Of a stretch of 64,000 nucleotides of DNA, positions 25,740 through 37,136 are shown piece by piece. Source of the DNA: an uncultured virus (IMG/VR IMGVR_UViG_3300046168_000024) (Duplodnaviria; Heunggongvirae; Uroviricota; Caudoviricetes); the IMG/VR virus record IMGVR_UViG_3300046168_000024; one strand, written 5' to 3'. Position 1 is the first letter of the stretch, and each line of letters begins with the position of its first letter. A program made the translations under genes and the position numbers. The notes beneath the pieces are model-generated. The model worked only from the letters and a program-made list of their open reading frames with translations. It had not been told where the DNA came from and did not search any database.

Positions 25740-26002
25740 CAAAAGATATGATGATAAAGGGTTTATCCGAGTTCATAGCCAGCAAAGGCGTTGACACTAT
25801 GGATTTAAAAACCTATAAAAGTTTTGGCAACGATGTACCTGTGAAGGACTATCTTTTAAAAAGATATTTTGGTTCATGGAACAGAGTATTATCAGTTGTT
25901 AAGAAAAGATATCCTATCTCGGTAGCACCTGTTGAAGTAAAGGTTGAAAAACCTGCACCTAAACCAAAAGCTAAAAAAGAGGTAAAAGATGTCAAAAAGT
26001 AA
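25736..26002 (+). CDS. hypothetical protein
   Basis: RYFGSWN motif; GAGG RBS. Confidence 0.65.
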   Translation: MTKDMMIKGLSEFIASKGVDTMDLKTYKSFGNDVPVKDYLLKRYFGSWNRVLSVVKKRYPISVAPVEVKVEKPAPKPKAKKEVKDVKK

Positions 26003-28046
26003 CGAAAAGATATATCAATGGACTAGCACTTTTAAATCATTAGGTGAAACTGATGATGGAGGAGTTAATATCAAAGGGTCTGCAAGTACAAACGGACTAG
26101 ATAGAGCTGGAGATATTATTGAATCAGAAGCATGGATGAAAGGTGGATTGGATAACTATAAAGGTAACCCAATTATTCTTTTTAATCATGACTACAATAA
26201 ACCAATTGGCAGAGCAAGTGGTTTAGAAGTAACCGATAAAGGCTTAGAGATAACTGCAAAGATATCTAAAGCTGCCGGCGATGTAACTCAATTAGTTAAA
26301 GACGGAGTCCTTGGAGCATTTTCTGTTGGTTTCAGATGCAAGGATTCAGAATATATGACTGAAACTGACGGATATAAAATAAAGGACGCGGAACTTTTTG
26401 AAGTTTCTGTAGTATCAGTGCCTTGCAACCAGGGGGCAACCTTTGGCTTAGCAAAGTCATTTGATAGTATGGCGGATTACAGAAAGTACCAAAGTGAATT
26501 TTTACAGGCTAACTCAAACGCGACAGCAGACGCTGTTAAAATTGAGCAGCCAAGCGAGGAGAAATCCTCATCAACGGAGACTGATATGTCAGAAGATAAA
26601 AAATCTCCTGAAGTAGCTTTTGACCTTGAATCATTTGCGAAAGATGTAGCAGAAAAAACTGCAACAACTATTGCTATGAAACAAGCGGAGCAAAAAGCAG
26701 CCGACCAAAAAGCAGAAGCCGAGCATGCTGAAAAGCAAGCAGAAGTAGAAGCTAACGAAAAGGTTGCTCAAGAAGCAAAACAGGAAGAGCAAAAAACAGT
26801 TATCGAAGCTGGATTATCAGGCGCTGAGAGACTCATGAACGACGTAGAGAAACGAGTTTCTGAAAAGCATGAAGACTTAAAAACAGTTGTAGACTCATTA
26901 GAGCAACAACTAGCTGAGAAATCAGAAGAAATCATGTCAATCAGAGAATCAAAAAGAATCTTTGCGGACAGAAATGGTCAAGGCGACTGGAAAAAAGCTT
27001 TCGAAAACGACATCATTGATGCAAAATTTGCTGGTTTAGCGACTGGTAAAGGATGGAACAATGATTATGCGAAAAACGTTATGGAAAAAGCTAACGCCAT
27101 GAGTGGTGTTGGAGTTTCTTCAGACGATTTTGAGCAGATTGTTTCAACAAACATCGAAAGAGATATTCAGAACGAATTAGTATTAGCCCCTCTATTTAGA
27201 GAAATACCAATGACTTCTGCTAACATGATTATCCCAATATTACCAGATAGTGGTTATGCCGAATTTACAGGCAACCAAGCTGCTACAGGTTCAAGCCCAC
27301 ACGGTAACTTAGCCCAAACAGGCGATACTTACGGCTCACCATACGGTGGTATTGATTTAACAGAAAGAACTCTTTCAACCAAAAAACTCATTTCACAATC
27401 ATACTTAGGTAATGAAACTGAAGAAGATGCAATTATGCCAATCTTACCTCTCATCAGAGAATCAATGGTAAGGTCTCATGCAAGAGCTATTGAAAATAGT
27501 ATCCTAGCAGGTGACGACGCTGACGGCGCATTTGGTACTGGTGGAGCTTCATTCGAAGGTCTACTACACTTAGCTAGAAATGACAGTGACTTTACACAGT
27601 CAGGAACAGCTTTCGCAACAGACACAGTTACAGCAGCTGAGTTACTTTCAATGAGAAAGAATATGGGCAAATACGGTGTTAACCCTTCAGAAGTGGTTTA
27701 TATCGTATCTCAAAGAACTTACTTTGAATTGCTAGAAGACGCTGAGTTCCAAGATGCTAACCTAGTTGGCGACATGGCTACTAAGCTAAACGGTGAAATT
27801 GGTCAAGTATTCGGTTCAAGAGTACTATTATGTGACGAATTTGCTACACCAGCAGTTAGTAAGTTTGCAGCAATCGCTGTATACCCAAGAAACTATGTAA
27901 TACCAAGATTAAGAGGTGTTACTATTGAGTCAGACTACGAAGTAGCTAATCAAAGAAGAGTCCTAGTGGCTTCTCAAAGAATTGGCTTCACCGACCTAAT
28001 CGACGGTGCAACTTCTAAGTGGGGACACATGTACAAAGCTTCTTAA
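25989..28046 (+). CDS. prohead protease fused in frame to major capsid protein
   Basis: N-terminal HK97 protease (ILFNHD, FSVGF, EVSVVSVPCN), coiled-coil delta domain, HK97-fold MCP; internal GGAGA-N5-ATG at 26586. Confidence 0.88.
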   Translation: MSKSNEKIYQWTSTFKSLGETDDGGVNIKGSASTNGLDRAGDIIESEAWMKGGLDNYKGNPIILFNHDYNKPIGRASGLEVTDKGLEITAKISKAAGDVTQLVKDGVLGAFSVGFRCKDSEYMTETDGYKIKDAELFEVSVVSVPCNQGATFGLAKSFDSMADYRKYQSEFLQANSNATADAVKIEQPSEEKSSSTETDMSEDKKSPEVAFDLESFAKDVAEKTATTIAMKQAEQKAADQKAEAEHAEKQAEVEANEKVAQEAKQEEQKTVIEAGLSGAERLMNDVEKRVSEKHEDLKTVVDSLEQQLAEKSEEIMSIRESKRIFADRNGQGDWKKAFENDIIDAKFAGLATGKGWNNDYAKNVMEKANAMSGVGVSSDDFEQIVSTNIERDIQNELVLAPLFREIPMTSANMIIPILPDSGYAEFTGNQAATGSSPHGNLAQTGDTYGSPYGGIDLTERTLSTKKLISQSYLGNETEEDAIMPILPLIRESMVRSHARAIENSILAGDDADGAFGTGGASFEGLLHLARNDSDFTQSGTAFATDTVTAAELLSMRKNMGKYGVNPSEVVYIVSQRTYFELLEDAEFQDANLVGDMATKLNGEIGQVFGSRVLLCDEFATPAVSKFAAIAVYPRNYVIPRLRGVTIESDYEVANQRRVLVASQRIGFTDLIDGATSKWGHMYKAS

Positions 28047-28063
28047 TAGCTTTACAGGTTTTT

Positions 28064-28091
28064 GGTGGTTTACCTATAAATCACCACTTTT
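28064..28091 (+). terminator. terminator after capsid gene
   Basis: GGTGGTTTA-CCTA-TAAATCACC-ACTTTT. Confidence 0.7.
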
Positions 28092-28097
28092 AATATT

Positions 28098-28694
28098 ATG
28101 GCAGATTTAATAACAGTAAATGAATACAAGGATGCGGAAGGTCTTCGAGGCGAGAAGGATGATGACCGTCTAAATGTTATTGTACCACAAATTTCAGACT
28201 TAGTAAAGAAATATTGCGGTATATCATTTGTTGACTACTATAGTACAAATAAAGTTGAAACTTTCTCAATAGATGATACGTACACATCAACGATAATAGT
28301 CAGCGAGAGTCCGTTAGTCGAAGTGAGTAAAGTAGAAGAAAGAACAAGTTATTCTGGAGCTTATACAGAATTAACTACAGGAAACTATGAATACTATGTA
28401 GACTTAGAAGCCGATGCAATTATAAGAACAAATGCAGAGGGCAAGCCACTACCATTTAAACAAGGAGTTGGAGCAGTAAAAGTAACATACAAAGCAGGAT
28501 ATAGTACTACGCCAAAAGATTTACAACTTGCATTATTTGATTTAGTTAATTACTATATGAAAGATGAGCATAAAGAAAGAAGAACACTTGGCGGAGCAAC
28601 TTTACAAAATCAAGGTACTGCAGGAATTAGAACTTCCACAGACTTTCCAGACCACATCAAAAGGGTACTGGATTTGTATAGAGTTGTGATTTAA
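28098..28694 (+). CDS. head completion/head-tail adaptor
   Basis: V.Y.AGY...P.DLQLA, FPDHIKRVLDLYR. Confidence 0.85.
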   Translation: MADLITVNEYKDAEGLRGEKDDDRLNVIVPQISDLVKKYCGISFVDYYSTNKVETFSIDDTYTSTIIVSESPLVEVSKVEERTSYSGAYTELTTGNYEYYVDLEADAIIRTNAEGKPLPFKQGVGAVKVTYKAGYSTTPKDLQLALFDLVNYYMKDEHKERRTLGGATLQNQGTAGIRTSTDFPDHIKRVLDLYRVVI

Positions 28695-30181
28695 TGGCAA
28701 TAAAACAATTAAAAAAAGAAATAATAAAAATATGTACTGACGCTAATAATAAAACAAGAGCAGAATTAAGTAAACACAAAATTGAAGCTTATGTATACAA
28801 TAGAAAGTACATTAAAGAGTGGGCTAGATATAGCTGTGAGTATTTAGGACTAGAAAAGAAAGGCAATTACATAAATGGTATGGTAAAAGCATTTTTAGAC
28901 TCAACTGAACAAAGTTTTAAAACAAGTAATGAGCCTTTTCATGTTAGTAGATTTAAAAAAGAATTAACAGTAGTAAAAGTAGATAGAACAACTGCAAGTA
29001 GAGAATCAGGCTCTAGTAGTAGAGAAAAGAAAGCTACTGGTGCAGGAAAAGAAGCAGCTTTAAAATCTCTAGAACAGGCAGCTGGTGTTTCTATTTTAAG
29101 TGGACATAGAACAAGGCTAAAAACAGGTATGCACGGACACCATGGTGGACCTCTAACATCTGACCCTAAAACTACTTTAGGTATGGAATCAGTTAGAGAT
29201 AATATGCCACGAAGTGATTCAGGTTTAGGAGATTTGATTGATAGTTTAAATCAAAGAACTCCTGCAGACACTTTAAGAGATGTTGTAGTAGGTTTATTTA
29301 GTGATGTTATTGATGCTGAAATGCAATTACATAACTTACCAAATCAAGTAATGGCAACTAGGAATATAAGAACTCCTAACCCTGTAACAAAAAAGTATGT
29401 ATTAACTAGAGCAATCCAAGTAAAATTTGCACTAGGCTCAGGTAGTACTGCAAAAGGACAAGCCTATACCAAGGCTATGAAAGAATGGGACGAAGGAAGA
29501 GGAGGCAAACTAGCTAAGAAAATTGAAAGTATTTTGGCAGATGTTGAAAATAAAATAAATAGTTTTATAATTAAACACATGGCATCAAACTCTTATAATC
29601 AATTAATGATAGGAGCTAGTCCAGGTATAATAGATAATGTACTAGTAGAAACTCCTAAGTTGTTAGTAAAAAGTATTTTTCCTCATAAAAGTAACCCTGA
29701 TATGAGATTAAAAGTTAATAAAGCTTTATTTAAGAAAATGGCAACACCTAAAAAAGCTAGTAGTGGATTTCAAAAACCTAAAAAGAAGAAAGGTGGAAGA
29801 GTAAAACTTATTAGAAGAAATGGATTACCACCAATAGGAGGCAATATTAGAACAGATGCATTAGGAACAAATCCTATAGCATTAAGAAATTTGTTAAATG
29901 ATATTTTACCTCAGGCAATAGCCCAAAATATGACATCTCCAGCACTTAGATTTAGAACAGGGAGATTTGCAAACTCAGTAAGAGTTTCAAATGTAACACA
30001 AGGACCAAGAGGAGGGAATACAATGATAGAAACAACTTATCGACAAGACCCTTATGAAACTTTTGCTCCAGGGGGTAAAAAATATACTTACCAAAGAGAC
30101 CCCGAAAGACTAATAAAGAAAACGGTAAGACAAGTAGCAACAGGTATGATTGGTACTAGATTCGGTGTAGGAGTCAACTAA
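28694..30181 (+). CDS. neck/tail completion protein (T5 p143-like C-terminus, extended)
   Basis: LRFRTGRFANSV...PYETF...RDP..LI; synteny. Confidence 0.65.
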   Translation: MAIKQLKKEIIKICTDANNKTRAELSKHKIEAYVYNRKYIKEWARYSCEYLGLEKKGNYINGMVKAFLDSTEQSFKTSNEPFHVSRFKKELTVVKVDRTTASRESGSSSREKKATGAGKEAALKSLEQAAGVSILSGHRTRLKTGMHGHHGGPLTSDPKTTLGMESVRDNMPRSDSGLGDLIDSLNQRTPADTLRDVVVGLFSDVIDAEMQLHNLPNQVMATRNIRTPNPVTKKYVLTRAIQVKFALGSGSTAKGQAYTKAMKEWDEGRGGKLAKKIESILADVENKINSFIIKHMASNSYNQLMIGASPGIIDNVLVETPKLLVKSIFPHKSNPDMRLKVNKALFKKMATPKKASSGFQKPKKKKGGRVKLIRRNGLPPIGGNIRTDALGTNPIALRNLLNDILPQAIAQNMTSPALRFRTGRFANSVRVSNVTQGPRGGNTMIETTYRQDPYETFAPGGKKYTYQRDPERLIKKTVRQVATGMIGTRFGVGVN

Positions 30182-30642
30182 TGGATACGGCAACAGCAAG
30201 AAGATATTCAACGCGTCGTCGAGCTATAGTTGAAGCACTATGCACACAACTTGAACAAATAAATGGTAGTGCACCATTTAGAACTTCAGTCTCTAATGTA
30301 GAAAGAAGACTAAAGTTTTGGGACGAAGTGAACGAATTTCCTACTATACATGTAGGAGCAGGAGCAGAAACTCGTGAATATGAAGGAGCGGGTTTCAGAT
30401 TTAGATTTTTAAGAATAACAGTTCGATGTTATGTTAGTGACGACAACGATGTCATTCTAGCACTCGAAGAATTGTTAGAAGATGTTGAAAGTGTACTGGA
30501 GGATAATGATCCACTGGTTTATACAGATTCAACAGGAACATCTCAGTCTACAGTTCAAACAACAATTGCAACAGTAGACACAGATGAAGGAGTTCTCGAA
30601 CCTCTAGGCGTAGGTGAAATCGTCTGTGAGATTCGATATTAA
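30181..30642 (+). CDS. tail terminator protein (T5 p142-like)
   Basis: KFWDEV.EFP, E.R.Y, TDEG.L.P.GVGE; synteny. Confidence 0.8.
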   Translation: MDTATARRYSTRRRAIVEALCTQLEQINGSAPFRTSVSNVERRLKFWDEVNEFPTIHVGAGAETREYEGAGFRFRFLRITVRCYVSDDNDVILALEELLEDVESVLEDNDPLVYTDSTGTSQSTVQTTIATVDTDEGVLEPLGVGEIVCEIRY

Positions 30643-30655
30643 TTAGGAGAATAAA

Positions 30656-31924
30656 ATGGCATTTTTCTTTAGTAGAGATACCAAAGTGTTTATGAAATGG
30701 GCATATGATTCCAATAATACAGCGCTATATGAGCTGCCCGTATTAGATGGATTTTCATTTTCTCAATCTACAAACACATCCGAGGTGACTTTAAGTGAGG
30801 CTGCAAACTCATCAGGCTATAGTAAAAGAGGTAGAGCAATGTTTACTGACTCTTTTGCACCAGCTGAATGGAGTTTTAGTACTTATGTAAGACCAACAAC
30901 ATCTGATACAGGTGCCGCAGCGGCGTCTAATCAACATGCTGGTAATGCAAAAGCATTTGCAGTTGAAGGTCCTTTATGGGCGGCTATGTCAGCAAACACT
31001 TATGACAATGCTATCGCTGGTTCAGGCGACGGTAAAGTCTTTGATAGTGCAAAAGCTACATACGGACCGAACGTATTTGATTTTCAAAACTCAAACCAAG
31101 TTGCACTTGGAGTCTTTGATTTATTCTTTGTGTTAGGAGCAGCAAAAGATTCAACTTCAGGTTTATATGAAACAGGACAAGACGGAGTAACCGTCTACAA
31201 ACTAGCAAATTGCTCAGTTGGTTCTGCATCAGTAGACTTCGATATTGAAGGTATTGCTCAAGTAGCATGGAGTGGTCAAGGACAATCAATAGAAGAGGCA
31301 GCATCAGTTAACACTGGTACTTCAGCAACTAATGATTCAAACTCTCAATCAGTAGCAGCGGAAACAAGCGACGGATTGATTAACGAAGGAATTAGTTCAA
31401 CCTCTAACTATGTTAGAAACAAATTAACAGACTTAACAATGGTTTATGACCATGCTAATACTTCTGGAACAAAAGGTTTATTAGGTTCAAGTAACACTAC
31501 TTATAGTATGACACTAACAGGTGGAAATGTTACTATTGAAAATAACCTAACTTATCTAACACCAGAAACATTAGGTTCAGTTAACCTCCCATTAGGACAT
31601 GTAATGGGAACAAGGTCAGTATCAGGTAACTTTACCTGCTATTTAAATGATACAAGTGAAGGTTCACTACAATTATTTGAAGACCTACAAGAATCAAGAG
31701 GTGTGATTACAAACGCATTTGACTTAAAATTCGCAGTTGGTGGACAAAACAGTACGCCAAGAATGAATCTTGAGATGGCCAAATGTCACCTTGAGTTACC
31801 TAGTCACAGTATTGAAGATGTGATATCCGTGGACGTTAATTTCCACGCGTTACCAACAGATTTATCTTCAGGTACAAAAGCTAGTGCAACAAACGAACTG
31901 AAAGTAACTTATGCCGCAGGCTAA
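30656..31924 (+). CDS. major tail tube protein (T5 pb6-like)
   Basis: SRDTKV, VLDGFSFSQ, PAEWSFSTY.RP, DIEGIA...WSG, NN.TYLTPE.L. Confidence 0.88.
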   Translation: MAFFFSRDTKVFMKWAYDSNNTALYELPVLDGFSFSQSTNTSEVTLSEAANSSGYSKRGRAMFTDSFAPAEWSFSTYVRPTTSDTGAAAASNQHAGNAKAFAVEGPLWAAMSANTYDNAIAGSGDGKVFDSAKATYGPNVFDFQNSNQVALGVFDLFFVLGAAKDSTSGLYETGQDGVTVYKLANCSVGSASVDFDIEGIAQVAWSGQGQSIEEAASVNTGTSATNDSNSQSVAAETSDGLINEGISSTSNYVRNKLTDLTMVYDHANTSGTKGLLGSSNTTYSMTLTGGNVTIENNLTYLTPETLGSVNLPLGHVMGTRSVSGNFTCYLNDTSEGSLQLFEDLQESRGVITNAFDLKFAVGGQNSTPRMNLEMAKCHLELPSHSIEDVISVDVNFHALPTDLSSGTKASATNELKVTYAAG

Positions 31925-31936
31925 GTGAACTAACCC

Positions 31937-31963
31937 GAGAGGGTGGAGACACCCTCTCATTTT
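31937..31963 (+). terminator. terminator after tail tube gene
   Basis: GAGAGGGT-GGAGAC-ACCCTCTC-ATTTT. Confidence 0.75.
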
Positions 31964-31976
31964 ATAGGAAAAGAAA

Positions 31977-32410
31977 TGACAGAACAAGTAAAACAACAAC
32001 CAGTATCGCTTAAGAGTCTAATGACTCCAAGCAAAACAGTATCAATAGATTATCCTGGGTATGACGGCTTTTGTGTGGAACTAACCTATTTAGCTAGAGA
32101 AGAATTAGTTAAATTAAGAAATAGATGTGTCAAACAAGTTTTAAATAAAAAGACTCGTGCTTTTGAAGAAAAACTTGATGAAGATTTATTTATGCAGGAA
32201 TATGTTTCATCAATAATCAAGGGGTGGACAGGCTTAAAATTCAAATACTTAGAAGAGTTTCTATTGGTAGATATAAGTGGACAAGACCCTGAGAAAGAAT
32301 TAGATTTCAACGCTGAAAATGCGGAGTTACTAATGAAAAACTCAAGCGACTTTGATCAATGGGTAACCGATACTGTAGGTGACCTGGAAAATTTTACGCA
32401 GAGCAAGTAA
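31977..32410 (+). CDS. tail assembly chaperone
   Basis: between tail tube and tape measure; ends with slippery A-AAT-TTT. Confidence 0.8.
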
Positions 32411-32787
32411 AAAGAGTACTTGCACTTATTGAACAAAATTTTAAAGATACAAGTATAGATATTGACAAATATTTAGCAATTTGTGAACAACTAGGAGAAG
32501 AACCTGACCCTGCAAAGATGCCTCTTGAAAGAGGTAATCTCCCTGTAGAGGTACAGGAAGCATACCATTTACATGATATGCTCTCCGACCGTTGGGATGG
32601 AATGAATGGCTATTATCTCGGCAAGGATTATACTGCTTTAGACACTTATATAAAAGTATTAAAAATAGAAGATGTAAAAACAACTCTATATTTTTTAAAA
32701 CATATAGAATATTATAATTCAGATACACTGAATAAGAAAATCAAGCAGAAAAGAGATGCAGAGGAGCGAAAGCAGAAAAGTAGATAA
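32389..32787 (+). CDS. tail assembly chaperone -1 frameshift extension
   Basis: A AAT TTT at 32389-32395; the -1 frame (YAEQVKRVL...) is open through the 32518..32787 ORF. Confidence 0.75.
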   Translation, partial: KFYAEQVKRVLALIEQNFKDTSIDIDKYLAICEQLGEEPDPAKMPLERGNLPVEVQEAYHLHDMLSDRWDGMNGYYLGKDYTALDTYIKVLKIEDVKTTLYFLKHIEYYNSDTLNKKIKQKRDAEERKQKSR

Positions 32788-35700
32788 TGGCAGGTAAAAA
32801 AGTACAAGGCGGCACCATCACCTTCAAAATCAATGATGATGGTAGTCTATCCTTATTTGAAAAGAAAGCGAAAAAAGCTGGACAAGCTGTAAAGAAAGTA
32901 GGTAAATCTGCAGGGGATACTCGTAGAAATCTACAGTCTATGTCAGGTCGTGTCGAATCAGGCACTAAAGGTTTTTCTCGTATGCAACAAGGCACAGGTG
33001 GTCTTGTACAATCTTACGCTATTCTAGCATCTACTCTATTCGCAGTTGGAGCAGCTTTCCGAGCAATGGAAAATGCTGCCAACATAGAAAACCAAATGAA
33101 AGGTTTTCGTTCCTTAGCACAAATAACAGGTACTTCTATGTTAGCTATCACTTCTAGTGTTAGAGCGGCTACTGGAGGTATGCTCGATTTTCAAACCGCA
33201 GCACAACAAACTGCTATAGCAACCGCAGCAGGATTCACAAAAAACCAAATCGTAGAACTTTCAGAAGGAGCTAAATTAGCTTCTGTTACTCTTGGTCGTG
33301 ATTTAACAGATTCCTTTAACAGATTAATAAGAGGTGTGACGAAAGCAGAACCCGAACTATTAGATGAATTAGGTATCATATTAAGACTAGATATTGCAAC
33401 AAGAAGTTTTGCAGCAGCAAATGGATTAGTAGCAGAAAAGTTAACAATCGGTGAAAGAAGATTAGCGGTGTTCGAAGAAGTACAAAGACAGTTAATAAAT
33501 AACTTTGGAGCAATGCAAGATGAAGCAAATGAATTTTTAAATCCATTTTCAAAATTAAGTGTAGCCGTTCAAGATTTAGTTATAGAACTACAAAAATTAC
33601 CTTTAGGAGCCTTCTCTTCTTTAGTTGAATTTCTAACTAGAAATATAGGAGCTTTGATGGTTGTTATGACAATGTTTGCAAGTTCTATAATATCCCAAAT
33701 CGTCCCTTCTCTCGGTAATATGAAACAATCCTTCTTAGATGTATCAGTAGCAGCAACTAATCAGCAGAAGAGTTTAAAAGCAAATGTTAATGTACAAAAA
33801 GCAAAAATTAAAGAAATAGAATCTAAATTTATTGCTTCAGAAGCTAAGAAGAATATAATGTTCAAAAAAGAGTTAAAAAGAAGAGGAATCACTCAAAAAT
33901 CTTTCAATGCTATGACAATAGCAGACCAGAAAAAACTTATTCAAAAAATGATAATGGAAGACAAAAAAGGTGTGTCTGCAACAGGAAGAGCAAACAAACA
34001 AAGACAAGCTTCTTATCAAGCTATGTTTAAGAAAATAGAATTGGCATCAGCAAAATCAGCAAAAACATTAGGTGCACACGCAAGAATAATGGGAGCCAAT
34101 CTAATGATGATGGTAAGGCAACCAGCTATTTTAACATCAAGAGCAATAGGAGCAATAGGTACAGCTGCTGTAGCAGCAGCTCCTAAATTAGCCCTATTAG
34201 GTTCAATATTTAATGCAACTCTAGGAATAGCGATGGCATTTTTTACTTTAAAATTTGTTGTAGATTTCTTACCAGGAATACAAAAGATAAATGAAGCTCT
34301 TGATAAGATGAAAGAAAAATTAAAAGCATCACAAGTAGTTTTAACAGAAATGGCTTTTTCTTTTGATGAAAGACTATTAAATAGTAAATTAGAAAGTATA
34401 AAAGAATCTTTCTTTAAATCAGATGGTAGTGTAGACTCCATAGCTGGAGCTCTTAGAGCAGCGAACGCAGAATTAGAGTACTTTGGAAAATTAACAGGTA
34501 ATCTTGAATTAGGAATGAATGAAAAAGCATTTAAAAAGTACATTGATAAAATTACAATGGAGACCATACGAGATATGGGAGACTCTGGTTTAGTAAGTGC
34601 TTTTGGTGGTACTATGAATGCTCTGTCAGCGTCTGGTGGTGCTGTACAAACTGTACCACAAATGTTAGACCCAAACTATAAAATGGTAACACAAGACTCA
34701 GCAGCTTTACAAGCCGCATCAGAACTGATGGCTTCAAGACTATTAGAAAATGTTGCTTTAGCTATGAGAACAGGAGATACAGTAAAAGCAAGAGACTTAC
34801 TTGCAACAGCTTTTGGAGATACAATTGCTGACTCTGCTATGGAAGGCTTTGCAGAGGCAAAGGGCAGTAGTAGAGCAATGGCAGGTCTTATGGAAGACTT
34901 ACAACAGGAGTTAGGAGATAATCCTCTTAAAATATTTGAATTTGACTTTGTAAATAATGAAATAACAGGATTACGTGAAAATTTTATACTAGCTTTAAGA
35001 AAAGCGAATGATTTAGTAGCAGCAATTAATAGAGTGCCAGGTATTTTATCAGGAACAAGAGAAGCTTCCAAATCTTTAGCAGAAGCATTTGGTCAACAAT
35101 ACCTAAACCTAGTACTATTGAAAAAAATGCAAATCAAATTGAAACTATATTAAATGAGTTTGTAGATAAAAAAGGTAATATAAAAGATTTAAACTCAGAA
35201 GAATTAAAATTAACTGCTAGTATTGTTTCAGTACTAGAAGATGAACTCGCAATAAAAGCACTAACTGCAGAACAAGCCAAAGACATATTAGAAGCAGAAA
35301 AAGAGAGATTAAGATTAGTAGACTTTAGATTAGATACTTTTAAAACTTTAATGGCTCTTTCAAAAGCTGAAATGAATAATCTAAAATTTGTTAATACTAG
35401 AACTTCAAAAAGATATCAAACAGAACAAAAAATATTTGATTTAAGAATGCAAATGCAGAATAATATCGATAAAGAAGAACAAAAATTTTCTAAACTTGTT
35501 AAATATGGAACTGACCAACAAAACAATATTGATAGACAAGCAGACGGAGTCAGGGCTGTAAATAGAGAATTAGAAGTTCAAGTAGAATTATTAGAAGCAA
35601 GCTTACATAGAACAGAAATGTTAATGAAAGGTTTATTAGAAACTTTTGATTCATCTGCCGCTAAAAATTTAGCAACTTTAATTGATACTGCAAATTTAGG

Positions 35701-36755
35701 AGAGTTTGGAGGTAAAGAGTTTATGAAAAACTTAGCCGAAGACTTGAAGAAAACTGCAGCAAAATCATTGGCAGAAGGTATGGTAGATTCAGTAACAGAC
35801 AAATTAACTCCTGCAAGATTCAAACTTAATAAAAAATTAGACCCAGCACAAAAGATAATGGCAGCACACAAATACCATATAGACTCTTAGCAGATATATT
35901 AAATCAACATGCCAAAGCTATAGGAAGTTCTTTAGGAGTAAGTTCAAGTGGACTAGACCCAACAGACCCAAATCAAATGACATATGGAGGATTATTTGGT
36001 GGCGATAAAACAAACTTAGAAGGTGGTTTTGTAGATACAATAAAAGGTAAATTATCAGGAATGAAAGATTTCATATTTGGTAAAAAAGGACAAGTATATA
36101 GCGGCTTTGACCATGCTGCCGTTCTTGACCCTACAAGAAAACATGCACCAGGCATGAAAGCTTTACCAGAAGGATTAACAGACGAGCAAAAAGCAACACT
36201 TGTTGGAGGCGGTGAAGTTGATACTTCTCTACCTAATATATTTGAAAGAGTATTTGGAGCAGATGGAATGTTTGCAAAAGTAGGTAAAAAAATCTTTGGA
36301 GAGGGCGGAATGTTCTCAAAATAGGTGCAAGTTTATTTGGAGAAGGTGGAATGTTATCAGGTTTATTTGGAGGCGGAGATGGTAGTGGACTCTCAGGATT
36401 CTTAGGAAAAATATTTGGAGGCGCTACTGGAGTAGCTACTGGAGGAGTCATAGGATTAGCAAACGGGGGTGTAGCTAAATACTCTGCAGGAGGTATTGCA
36501 AGACAACCAACTTACTTAGTAGGAGAAGGAAAACAGCATGAAGCAGTAGTTCCTTTACCTAACAACAGAAGTATTCCTGTAGACTTAGGAAATGGCTCAG
36601 GAGCAACAAACAATACAAGTATAACAGTCAATATGGCTGACGGAAGTTCACAGACAACTAGTGATGGTGCTGCAGGTCTTGCACAAGCAATTGATGCAGC
36701 AGTACAAAGCACTATAGAAAAAGAACTTAGACCTGGGGGAATATTAGCAGGATAA
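32787..36755 (+). CDS. tape measure protein (split by probable sequence errors near 35100, 35890, 36320)
   Basis: T5 pb2-like RGVTKAEPELLDELGI; helical A/K/L-rich; C-terminal VGEG..EAVVPL and E.RPGG.L. Confidence 0.85.
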
Positions 36756-37136
36756 TGGCATTAGGATTTAGCACAGGAGGGTCTTTCGGAAATAGAACAA
36801 TAGTACCAGATAGAGGTATGTCTAAAAGAAATGAACCAGCAGTTTTTATTGCTGAGTTGGAGATGGCTACGAACAAAGAATAGCAAATGGAATAAATAAT
36901 CTAAAACAAGAGTTTAATGTTAGTTTTGCAACTAGAGAAAAAGCAGAATAGATGATATAGTTGGATTTTTTGAAAGTACAAATGGTGTAACAGCATTTAA
37001 TTTTACATTTGCAGATACAAATGCAAGTGGTAACGAAGAAACTGTAAAAGTGTATGTAAAAGAGTTTAGTCAGAACTGGGATTATGATGACTATTATACT
37101 TTAAGTGCAACATTTAAAAGGGTATATGAAGCATAA
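36755..37136 (+). CDS. distal tail protein (lambda M-like; two apparent 1-nt deletions)
   Basis: VPDRGM...(F)GDGYEQRIANGINN...SATFKRVYEA across frames. Confidence 0.75.

Noticed and set aside
35153..36755. Several separate genes or stop-codon recoding after the tape measure ORF
   Set aside because: Breaks are frame changes, not in-frame stops; TAA, TAG and TGA all end intact genes elsewhere.
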